Source: a virus (lineage: Duplodnaviria; Caudoviricetes). From it: a DNA stretch of 64,000 bases. Position numbers and translations under genes: made by a program. Location: positions 96,001 through 160,000 of IMG/VR virus record IMGVR_UViG_3300020576_005257; one strand, 5' to 3'. Shown here piece after piece: positions 45,042-53,030 of the stretch; within the stretch, counting starts at the first letter, position 1, and every line of letters starts with the position of its first letter. Below the pieces are notes generated by a model. The model did no database searches. It worked only from the letters and a program-made list of their open reading frames with translations, and had not been told where the DNA came from.

Positions 45042-46468
45042 TATTCAAAAGTACCCAATCCGATTACTTTATTATCAATATTTTCATTTATTTGCCATTT
45101 TAATCCAGGCCAATACTTAAAAGCTTTAATTCTTTGTCTTTTATTATTGTTTTCTACATCAACCATTTTAGTTTTCAATAGTAAGAAATCGGAAGAATTC
45201 TTATAGGTGTTGGGATGTAGGGTAACACCAGAGGCACTAGCAGTCCAATTATCTACCACCCAATAAACTGAGACATTATCTAATCTGGAGGGGGAGTAGC
45301 CGTTTATGGTAACTACTCCTGAAACGTTAGTTACTTCGTATGGGTTGTTTTCAATAAAAGCGGTTCCTCTGACAACATCACTATACATACTATTTAAAGT
45401 ACCAGAAGAATTTAGGGTTAAACGAGATTCTAGGAAGGTTTCTGTTTGTAGGGTGTGTGCAATGGTAAAACCGCTGTAACTGCTGTCTACGGTGCCTGTA
45501 GCCCCAGGAACAAGGGTTTCTACGGAGTATTGTCCTACAGCAATTGCTAAAGCATTTTTTAAATGACTAGTCCTCTGGTCTACAGAAAACCATGAGGTCG
45601 CTAAAAGCTTATTACCTAAATCCAAAGAGTCTTCATTTCTAAATCTCTTTAATAGATAAAGTAAACCCTTATCATCAACAGAGTTCCAAATTGATACTCG
45701 ATTTGCATATACAGCTTCGTTATCAAACTGTAAAAGAACTCTATCTAGACTTTTTGCTGTTTCTCTGTTTAAAGTTCTTACATAAAGATTTTTATTCGTT
45801 TTTAATCCTAGTAAACCGTCTTCTCTGACCTGACCAGGAAGTAATGGAATCCAAGCACCAGAGTAAGGGTGTTTCCAATAAGACAGTGCAGTTGATTCAA
45901 ATTTAGTGCTACTAGAAACATACTGCCATTCAGTATTACGGCTCTCGGAAATTTGTTCTTGTAGAGACAAACCATAAAACAAAAATTCATTATTCTGTTG
46001 TTTATATGTCCACGTAGGGGAAGTAAATAAACTTAAATCAGATTGCACCTGATTAATTGTGTATAAGGAATTATCAGTTAACTTGGCCTGAATAGTTGTA
46101 TAGGTTTGTGGATAAGATGTATACCAAGCAGTATCTGGTTCAACTACATCAAAACCCCCACCCCTAGTCAAATATAATGATTGTAAAGAAGGTAACAGGT
46201 ATTGGAACTCAGTAAAAATAGATCCAAGTAGTTTCTGAAAATTATTACTGCTCTCTTCTCTTGAAGGTTCTGTGAGAACCCAACTAACAGGTACAGCTCC
46301 ACTTGTAGCTAAAGTAAGCGTAGAAGTAGCTGGAACAGTAGAGAACTCTGGTAAAAACTGTGGCTCATTAATTGAAGTATATGAGTTACATGAGAACCAT
46401 CTAGGCAACCGCTCTAAAGGCGGAGACCAAGAATCTAAAAGTTCTGTATATTGTAAACTCCAATTCAA
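45041..46468 (-). CDS. putative baseplate wedge protein, paralogue of 41468..42802
   Basis: RLPRW; NSVDDKGLLYLLKRFRNED; follows baseplate J. Confidence 0.65.
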   Translation of the reverse strand: MNWSLQYTELLDSWSPPLERLPRWFSCNSYTSINEPQFLPEFSTVPATSTLTLATSGAVPVSWVLTEPSREESSNNFQKLLGSIFTEFQYLLPSLQSLYLTRGGGFDVVEPDTAWYTSYPQTYTTIQAKLTDNSLYTINQVQSDLSLFTSPTWTYKQQNNEFLFYGLSLQEQISESRNTEWQYVSSSTKFESTALSYWKHPYSGAWIPLLPGQVREDGLLGLKTNKNLYVRTLNRETAKSLDRVLLQFDNEAVYANRVSIWNSVDDKGLLYLLKRFRNEDSLDLGNKLLATSWFSVDQRTSHLKNALAIAVGQYSVETLVPGATGTVDSSYSGFTIAHTLQTETFLESRLTLNSSGTLNSMYSDVVRGTAFIENNPYEVTNVSGVVTINGYSPSRLDNVSVYWVVDNWTASASGVTLHPNTYKNSSDFLLLKTKMVDVENNNKRQRIKAFKYWPGLKWQINENIDNKVIGLGTFE

Positions 46469-46480
46469 CCAATTTACCTC

Positions 46481-47596
46481 TTATTGAACTGACAAAGTTC
46501 TTAAGACAATCTGTTCACCCAAAGCCACTCTAATTTCTCCCTCAGGAGAAAGTGGAAAACCATCTAAACTCCCAGTAATAGAAGCATCTATGACACCAAT
46601 ATCTGAACTAGCAGCTATGTTTCTAAGCTGAGACATAAATACCGAACCAGCCCCACTTCCATTTTCTATTGGTAGAGCATCTAATCTGGACATAATTTGA
46701 GACTTAACGGCTTGTCTTACTGAATCTTGATTAGTAAAAGTTACAGCAAACTTTAAGCTAATTTTAATATCTAAAATTCTAGCAATTGGAAGCTTAGCTT
46801 TACCGCTAACTCCAACTGGAACTGCATCATCCAAAAGCCTCTGACACTGAGCAACTACATCATTGGCTTGAGTTTGGTGATACGGAACAACAATAGCATC
46901 AAAAGTACCAGTACCCCTGCTTAGATTCAATAATAATACATCTCTAACTCCGTCAATAGAACGAAGTAATGCAATAGTATTGTCGGGGTTTAGAACGTTT
47001 CTTCTTCGATATTCTTGAAGAATACGTTCTCGATAACTGGCATCAGACTCAGTAAAACTACCGTTTTCAATGGGGATGATATTGGTAACTTTAATAGAAG
47101 TAGTGGGCACGTTGTGGCTATTTAATTCCCCAACTCCAACATTAAAAGCTGGCCCTGATTCGGCAGCACTAACATGAACATCTACTGATTGTCCTGCTGG
47201 CACAGCAGCACCTTCCACGGTGAAAAAGGCTGTGTTAATTTCGTTTGCCTTCCACACACGAGTACTAGTAGGTATGTTAATAGTAGTACCACCTAAATTA
47301 GTAAATCTAACAGCTTTTGTTTGACCTAAAGTGGTGGCTCTAGATTCAGTTTTTCTTTGTACTCCAATGAGCAGACCCATTTGATCCAAAGAACCACCTG
47401 TAGCAGTAGTTAAATTTGATTGATTGTACAGTTCTTCTATATAGGCCCAGACACTATCTAGCTCAGCTCCTACGAGCTTCACAATCATACCTATAATACT
47501 GCCATCTAAATCAGCTTGAATAGCAGTAGATTCAGCAAGGATTCGATTATAAATCCTATCTATGATTTCGTTCTTAGAAGGTCTTGGTACTGCCAT
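46481..47596 (-). CDS. baseplate J / gp47-like wedge protein
   Basis: TATGGSLDQMGLLIGVQRK, GPAFNVGVG, ESDASYRERI, GTGTFD, PVGV. Confidence 0.92.
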   Translation of the reverse strand: MAVPRPSKNEIIDRIYNRILAESTAIQADLDGSIIGMIVKLVGAELDSVWAYIEELYNQSNLTTATGGSLDQMGLLIGVQRKTESRATTLGQTKAVRFTNLGGTTINIPTSTRVWKANEINTAFFTVEGAAVPAGQSVDVHVSAAESGPAFNVGVGELNSHNVPTTSIKVTNIIPIENGSFTESDASYRERILQEYRRRNVLNPDNTIALLRSIDGVRDVLLLNLSRGTGTFDAIVVPYHQTQANDVVAQCQRLLDDAVPVGVSGKAKLPIARILDIKISLKFAVTFTNQDSVRQAVKSQIMSRLDALPIENGSGAGSVFMSQLRNIAASSDIGVIDASITGSLDGFPLSPEGEIRVALGEQIVLRTLSVQ

Positions 47597-47626
47597 GTTT
47601 TCTGCCCAATTGTAGGAACTACTAGG

Positions 47627-47634
47627 AAATAGAG
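47627..47634 (-). promoter_or_regulatory. CTCTATTT putative late-promoter motif
   Basis: 30 nt upstream of the baseplate J start. Confidence 0.4.
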
Positions 47635-47635
47635 G

Positions 47636-47932
47636 TTAACAAGGTCTCTTTACAACCATAGTAATCGTTGAATTCTTAGTATCTATCTCATAAGATTTCA
47701 AAGTTACATAAACAAATTTGGATTTCTTGCTATTAGATTCAAATTCCATTACATAAACCTGACCAGGAATTAGCTGTTTAGAAACATCTTTATCTGTGTC
47801 AATTGTAATAGTATAAATAGACCTAAGAAAGTGTTTTTTAATATGTTGACACTTGGAAATTAAAGACCTATCAAAAGCTTTTTTATCTTTCCAGTTTCTG
47901 TTCTCTTTAATTCTATATAGAAAATATTTCAT
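47636..47932 (-). CDS. small basic hypothetical protein
   Basis: 98-aa ORF. Confidence 0.55.
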   Translation of the reverse strand: MKYFLYRIKENRNWKDKKAFDRSLISKCQHIKKHFLRSIYTITIDTDKDVSKQLIPGQVYVMEFESNSKKSKFVYVTLKSYEIDTKNSTITMVVKRPC

Positions 47933-47942
47933 AAATCAAAAA

Positions 47943-49238
47943 TTATCCATGTGAATTGCGACAACAATTCTTATATTTAGCTCCAGGTGTTCCACAAGGA
48001 CATGGGTCATTCCTATCAGTAACACCCCAAGCTTTTCTCTTTGATTTCAAATTAGGTCCCAACTTCCCAGCCTTAGCATTTTCTATACCATTTCTCCATG
48101 CCATAGGCCATCTGTGAAAGTTAACTTCTAATGAGTAGTCAGTAACCGCAAGCTTTCTATTATTAAGTTGCATGTGGTTCCTAAGATCATGATCTACAAC
48201 CAATTTCTCAATAGCTTTATACCAAGTATCATAATTACCTTTACCCTGCCCCACAATTAAAGTAGATTCAGGATGTTGTCTAGCTAACTTAGAATAAGGT
48301 GCTACATTAGAAGCAATCATAGCTTGACCAGCAGCAAACCCTTCCAGCAGCTTGAGGTTCGATTTAGAAGCATTAAAAGCACAAGGATGAATAGGAGCTA
48401 GACCAATATCAGCACCAAACAACCCTACAGGATGATCTAGAAAATGTCGTGGTTCAACTAATGTATATCTCCCCTCAGGAATTTTCCATACGCTATTTAA
48501 AAAGCCAAACAAATCTGGAGCACCATAAAAAGCAAAATGAGTTTGTGGGTAGTCATTAAGTATTTTTGCCATAACTGGGAAAATCTGCTCTAGATCTGTT
48601 AAATGACTAGAACCTCCAGAATACATAATAACAATCTTATCTTCCCATTCTTTTGGTTTTCTGATAGGCATAGCTTCAAAAATAGGGTTACCATTTTGCC
48701 AAGAAACGTTTACGTTCCAATTTCTTAAACTGAAGTCAATATAGTTTCCAACTACTTCAATATTTTGATTAAACCTGTCGTAAGTTTGTTTGAGTTCTTC
48801 AGTTGTAACAGTCATCCCTTGGCTGTTTCTCATAAACTTCTCTAACCAAACAAGATTATCGGATCCAGGCTGATAAACACTGTAAGCAGGATTTGTGGGA
48901 AGAACAGTATGAAGGTCATCATCAATTTCAAACCACAAAAATTTACCTTCCCATTGAAGAATCCTAAACATTTCATAGGCTTCTGGGTTATGTTGTCTAG
49001 GAGCTACAATAATATCTGAATCAATAAATTGTTGTAAATTTTGAATTGAGCTATACTGTACTTGGGCTCCATGTTGTTTCAACATGTGTAATGGATTTAT
49101 AACCCTATAATGACCACAGGCACCATTATCTGCAACAAGACCTACTACCTTTAAGTCTTTATATTGATTAGTTATTTGTTGATCTGGAAGAGTGGTGGTA
49201 GAAGTAGAAACTTTCTCCAATAATAGTTCAGAATTCAT
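47943..49238 (-). CDS. GT-B (GT4-like) glycosyltransferase with C-terminal SEC-C motif
   Basis: GACGHYRV, FEIDDDL, GGSSHLTDL, DIGLAPI..FNASKSNLKLLE, IASNVAPY; RNDPCPCGTPGAKYKNCC. Confidence 0.85.
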   Translation of the reverse strand: MNSELLLEKVSTSTTTLPDQQITNQYKDLKVVGLVADNGACGHYRVINPLHMLKQHGAQVQYSSIQNLQQFIDSDIIVAPRQHNPEAYEMFRILQWEGKFLWFEIDDDLHTVLPTNPAYSVYQPGSDNLVWLEKFMRNSQGMTVTTEELKQTYDRFNQNIEVVGNYIDFSLRNWNVNVSWQNGNPIFEAMPIRKPKEWEDKIVIMYSGGSSHLTDLEQIFPVMAKILNDYPQTHFAFYGAPDLFGFLNSVWKIPEGRYTLVEPRHFLDHPVGLFGADIGLAPIHPCAFNASKSNLKLLEGFAAGQAMIASNVAPYSKLARQHPESTLIVGQGKGNYDTWYKAIEKLVVDHDLRNHMQLNNRKLAVTDYSLEVNFHRWPMAWRNGIENAKAGKLGPNLKSKRKAWGVTDRNDPCPCGTPGAKYKNCCRNSHG

Positions 49239-49247
49239 TCTAAATTT

Positions 49248-49253
49248 TAGTGT
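49248..49253 (-). promoter_or_regulatory. ACACTA putative promoter motif
   Basis: 9 nt upstream of GT4 ATG 49238; no SD. Confidence 0.5.
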
Positions 49254-49255
49254 AA

Positions 49256-49669
49256 TTACTCAATACTATGTTCTATTCTGGGGAATACCTCTCCCCTTTT
49301 TAGATCCAATGTGCTACTAACTTGGATAACTTTATCTATATCTTCTACAGAAGGAATTTCAATTAACACAAACACTTCATCTCCATCTAATGGAACACAT
49401 TTCACAGTTATGGCAACAATTGAAAAGTCTTGCGTTAAAGTTCTTTTAATAGATTCTTCAATCAAAAGCCTTGTAGCAGAATTATTCTGTCTTCCAATAA
49501 ACTCTTCTAAGCTTGTTCCAAGAGTTGGAGTAAGAGTATAATCGCCTTTCATAGTTTTAAGCCTGAATATAATGGCTTGAACCAACTGTTTGTCCCCAGT
49601 AACTGTTTCCAAGTCACCAGCAGAACTAATTACCAAATCCCCATCATCAGTAAGTTTTAAATCTCTCAT
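49256..49669 (-). CDS. gp25/GPW-like baseplate wedge (sheath initiator) protein
   Basis: DLKLTDDGDLVI..GDL..QAIIFRLKT.KG..PTLGTSL..FIG. Confidence 0.85.
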   Translation of the reverse strand: MRDLKLTDDGDLVISSAGDLETVTGDKQLVQAIIFRLKTMKGDYTLTPTLGTSLEEFIGRQNNSATRLLIEESIKRTLTQDFSIVAITVKCVPLDGDEVFVLIEIPSVEDIDKVIQVSSTLDLKRGEVFPRIEHSIE

Positions 49670-50214
49670 TTCTTCCCAACCTTATCCATAAATAGATCAT
49701 GGTGATCTTGTTCTGGAGTGTCAACCAATTCATAATTAGTAAACAAGTATTCTTTTTCTACAATTTTAGTTAAAGGTATTTTATTGTAGATTTCACCTGT
49801 ATTAGGGTCCGCCCTAGTAGTTTGATCCATAACAAAATAATCTTCCAGTTTTAGATCCTTTTTTACTATTAGTAGTTTGTAATCTAAATCTAGTTTCTCG
49901 TTTAATACTCGACTACCTATAGTTACATCAAACCAACTAATAGACGGGAAAGCTACATTTTTGGCAGTTGATACAAAAGCACTTGAAATAACAGCAAGTT
50001 GTCCCCATATGTCACCAATAACTCTGGTTTGACCAGCATATAAATCAAATTGACCTTGGTCTCTATAAACAGTACCCAGAGGTAAATCTGTGTGTCTTTG
50101 ACCTATCTCAGTATCAGAATAGGTGAGAAGATTAGACCTAATAGTCTGACTCTCCATCCTTTCCAGAAAAGTCTGTAAGGCTATTCGTGCCTGTTCAAAT
50201 ACGCTTATACTCAT
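49666..50214 (-). CDS. putative baseplate protein
   Basis: position between hub and gp25-like genes only. Confidence 0.5.
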   Translation of the reverse strand: MSISVFEQARIALQTFLERMESQTIRSNLLTYSDTEIGQRHTDLPLGTVYRDQGQFDLYAGQTRVIGDIWGQLAVISSAFVSTAKNVAFPSISWFDVTIGSRVLNEKLDLDYKLLIVKKDLKLEDYFVMDQTTRADPNTGEIYNKIPLTKIVEKEYLFTNYELVDTPEQDHHDLFMDKVGKK

Positions 50215-50906
50215 GGTTTGTTTATTGCATCCAGTACGCCATTAACCTTGTTAATGTTAGTGTTTTCAAAAGGATCCATAGGTGCAACGCCACCATTTTG
50301 CTTATTCAAAATATTATTAGTAGGTATACCAAGAAATTGTAAAACAGCATTGGGAATAGCACAAGTTCCTGTAGCATTATTAGTACCCTGTGCTGTTTTT
50401 TTAATGGCATCTGTTTGAGGTACATCTTGACCTATATTTCCGACCATAGGGGGAGGATTAACAGGAGCATTAGCGGTTAAAGTACCGCCTTTAGGTAATT
50501 GAGTAGTTCTCCCAGCTACAACAGTAGGCATAGTTGTTCTACCAGCAGCGAAATTAAGTTCTACTTCTATAAGTTGATTAGCATCTATGTTTGCTTCCGT
50601 CCCAGCAGACTTACCAGAGTTACCAGATAATGCACCCCAAGAAATTTTAGGTCCAAGAACAGTCCTATAATCAGTTCCTTCTGGACTACGATACACCACA
50701 GCAAGTCCTGTAGTAACAGCCTTAACCCTCTCAGCCCAAGCAGACTCTTCGTAGAGATTAATACTTGTAGTAGCACGGAGCCAAGGACTCTGAGCAAACT
50801 CAGCAACTACATCACCAGCATTAACCAAAATACCAGCACTATAGCTAGGATTAGTTCTTACTTGGTTTAAACCAGATTCATCTATTGATTCAGTAAAATC
50901 ACTCAT
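50211..50906 (-). CDS. putative baseplate/spike-associated protein
   Basis: position in the baseplate operon only. Confidence 0.5.
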   Translation of the reverse strand: MSDFTESIDESGLNQVRTNPSYSAGILVNAGDVVAEFAQSPWLRATTSINLYEESAWAERVKAVTTGLAVVYRSPEGTDYRTVLGPKISWGALSGNSGKSAGTEANIDANQLIEVELNFAAGRTTMPTVVAGRTTQLPKGGTLTANAPVNPPPMVGNIGQDVPQTDAIKKTAQGTNNATGTCAIPNAVLQFLGIPTNNILNKQNGGVAPMDPFENTNINKVNGVLDAINKP

Positions 50907-51545
50907 TTATTTAACCCCGTGAAACTCTCTTTGATTTGGTGGAATCCAACCGTTCACATTAGTCCAACTTCTATGTGATTTTCTTCTACCTTTAATCATT
51001 GCTTCAAAATTCCTAAAATCTAATCCGTTTTGTTCAGCAAACAACATGAGATTTTTGAAGTGGTGGATTTTACCTTCTGGATCAACTGCTGAATATTCTT
51101 TTCCCACTACTAATCTTTTAGCTTCAATTTGCTCTGGAGTCCTTTTCTTTCCTCTATTGCCCTCAGCTGATCTTCGAACAGCATCAGGGTCTTTTTTTGT
51201 ACCAGCTAAATGATGTCCCCCAGCCCTAGCATAATGTGTTGTATTATATAAGAGAGTTCTTTTATCATCATTGATTAATAAGTCCATGTAATATTGCTCT
51301 CTTTCAATTCTTGTTTCAATCTTACAGTTTTCTAAGATATCAAATATAAAAACTTCTGGTCCAAATTGATTCCATTCTTCTTGTAGTTGTTTACAATGAT
51401 GTTGATTTTTCCCCAATAAATTTCTATGTGTGTTAAGCCTTCTTTTCAAATAAACTGCACTTCCAATATAAACTTTATCATTAACTACATTCTTGATCTG
51501 ATAAACACCAGTTTCCCAATAACTTTTAACTTCTTTTATTCTCAT
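50907..51545 (-). CDS. free-standing GIY-YIG homing endonuclease
   Basis: GVYQIKN..VYIGSA, RLNTH, LQEEWNQFG, REQYY, LYN; GKKRTPEQ (NUMOD3-like) and C-terminal HTH-like FAEQNGL. Confidence 0.92.
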   Translation of the reverse strand: MRIKEVKSYWETGVYQIKNVVNDKVYIGSAVYLKRRLNTHRNLLGKNQHHCKQLQEEWNQFGPEVFIFDILENCKIETRIEREQYYMDLLINDDKRTLLYNTTHYARAGGHHLAGTKKDPDAVRRSAEGNRGKKRTPEQIEAKRLVVGKEYSAVDPEGKIHHFKNLMLFAEQNGLDFRNFEAMIKGRRKSHRSWTNVNGWIPPNQREFHGVK

Positions 51546-51554
51546 ACTATTTAA

Positions 51555-51560
51555 TAGTGT
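51555..51560 (-). promoter_or_regulatory. ACACTA putative promoter motif
   Basis: 9 nt upstream of GIY-YIG ATG 51545. Confidence 0.5.
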
Positions 51561-51601
51561 AAAAGTTTATTCCCAATTTTCATCCAGTTTTTTCTCTTTT
51601 T

Positions 51602-52342
51602 CTAAGATGTACCATAATATTCTTGGTGCCATGACTCATCAAGACCCCTTCCGTCTCTAAGCCGTTCGGGATTGTACCAACCATATTGAGGACCCACACG
51701 TTCAAACCATTTATATGTTGATGTTTTTCTCATTGCTAAGGACCCTGCTACCGAAGTAGCTCTGGTTCCACTGAAATATAATTCACCAATATCTACAGCC
51801 AAAGCCCAACCATGAGGAGACTTACCAGGAGCTGCTGCCCTGCCTCCTCCTTGTAAGGTAGCTTGGTGTGCAACATTCCTATAAGCAGAAGTAACTGTGA
51901 GTCTTACCCCATCTTTTTTTGCATGTTGTTGTAGTCTAATCCATGCATCTGCTGCATCAGGTCTTAACCAATAGAACCCCTGATACCAATTTCTGTATCT
52001 GGAATTAGGTCCGATAGCTTTTAATGCTGAAAGAGGAAGATTACCATTTTGATAACCACCCCAAGCTGCCACTTTCATACCTACATTTTGATACTGAGTT
52101 ATGCCTCCTGAGTTTCCTGTTGGGACCATTGCTGGCCCTGAACTAGGGTCAACTTCTATAGTTTCTTCTGGCTCTATGTCTCTGACTAAAACCCCTAATT
52201 CTTCCAGCTGTGAAGTCTTAATAGCTGAGTAATTTAACGTATCACCCATAGATAAGTTACTTCTTTGTTGGTCCACATATCTCTGTAGTTGACCAACTAA
52301 CGTATCATTAGGTAAACCCAAATTACTAGAATAACTATCCAT
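51602..52342 (-). CDS. M15 (VanY-like) zinc peptidase, probably virion-associated peptidoglycan hydrolase
   Basis: LRPDAA, TSAYR, SPHGWALAVD (SxHxxxxAxD), ESWH. Confidence 0.9.
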   Translation of the reverse strand: MDSYSSNLGLPNDTLVGQLQRYVDQQRSNLSMGDTLNYSAIKTSQLEELGVLVRDIEPEETIEVDPSSGPAMVPTGNSGGITQYQNVGMKVAAWGGYQNGNLPLSALKAIGPNSRYRNWYQGFYWLRPDAADAWIRLQQHAKKDGVRLTVTSAYRNVAHQATLQGGGRAAAPGKSPHGWALAVDIGELYFSGTRATSVAGSLAMRKTSTYKWFERVGPQYGWYNPERLRDGRGLDESWHQEYYGTS

Positions 52343-53009
52343 ATTTGTACAAGTTATACTTCCTCATAATACTAATAAGCAAATTAGCATATGCTGGATC
52401 AGTCGCATATCCCGCCTTTACTAATGCCCTAGCCACATCATCTGGATTATTTAAAGTACCAATTCCTTGTTTTCTATACCTTGGTCCAGCAAGAAATTTA
52501 CCATGATCTAATACAGACTCAGACCAATTATGGTAGACCTTAAAATTCGCATTGACTCTAACTTTTCTTCCTCCATAATATTCGTTGGTTGGCATAGATA
52601 CTGTACCTGCTGGTCCAGTTCCTTTAATTCCAAACAAATTATTGTATTTAGAAGCAAGCCCACTTAATTTACCTGCTGCCCCACTTTCTAAAATAGCTTG
52701 AGCTAGAGTAATAGCTATGGGTATCCCATATTTACCTTGTGTATCCCTGGCACCATCTTGAATTTTGGATATGAATTCTTCAATATTTTTTGGTGGGGGT
52801 TCTCTGTTTACTGGTCCATTATTATCAGTAGACTGAGAGTTTTTACCAAACACAGAATCAACAACCCCACCAACCGCATCTAACCAGCCACCATTAGTTG
52901 GACCGTAGGGTAAAGTAGAACCAAAATCCAAATTAGCTCTTTGCTGTTCAACATATCTACTGAGACTCTCTTGTAGACTTTCAGCATCCTTGCCTAAATT
53001 TGAGGAATA
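52229..53009 (-). repeat. shared 35-aa N-terminal module of the GH73 (53009-52905) and M15 (52333-52229) hydrolases
   Basis: YSSNLGKDAESLQESLSRYVEQQRANLDFGSTLPY vs YSSNLGLPNDTLVGQLQRYVDQQRSNLSMGDTLNY; 20/35 identical, no gaps. Confidence 0.9.
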
Positions 53010-53030
53010 AAGTGGATCGTTGTTATTCAT
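52335..53030 (-). CDS. GH73 glucosaminidase (FlgJ-like), probably virion-associated
   Basis: LAQAILESG, NNLFGIKG, FKVY..W.ES..DH, AGYATDPAYA. Confidence 0.92.
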   Translation of the reverse strand: MNNNDPLYSSNLGKDAESLQESLSRYVEQQRANLDFGSTLPYGPTNGGWLDAVGGVVDSVFGKNSQSTDNNGPVNREPPPKNIEEFISKIQDGARDTQGKYGIPIAITLAQAILESGAAGKLSGLASKYNNLFGIKGTGPAGTVSMPTNEYYGGRKVRVNANFKVYHNWSESVLDHGKFLAGPRYRKQGIGTLNNPDDVARALVKAGYATDPAYANLLISIMRKYNLYKYG

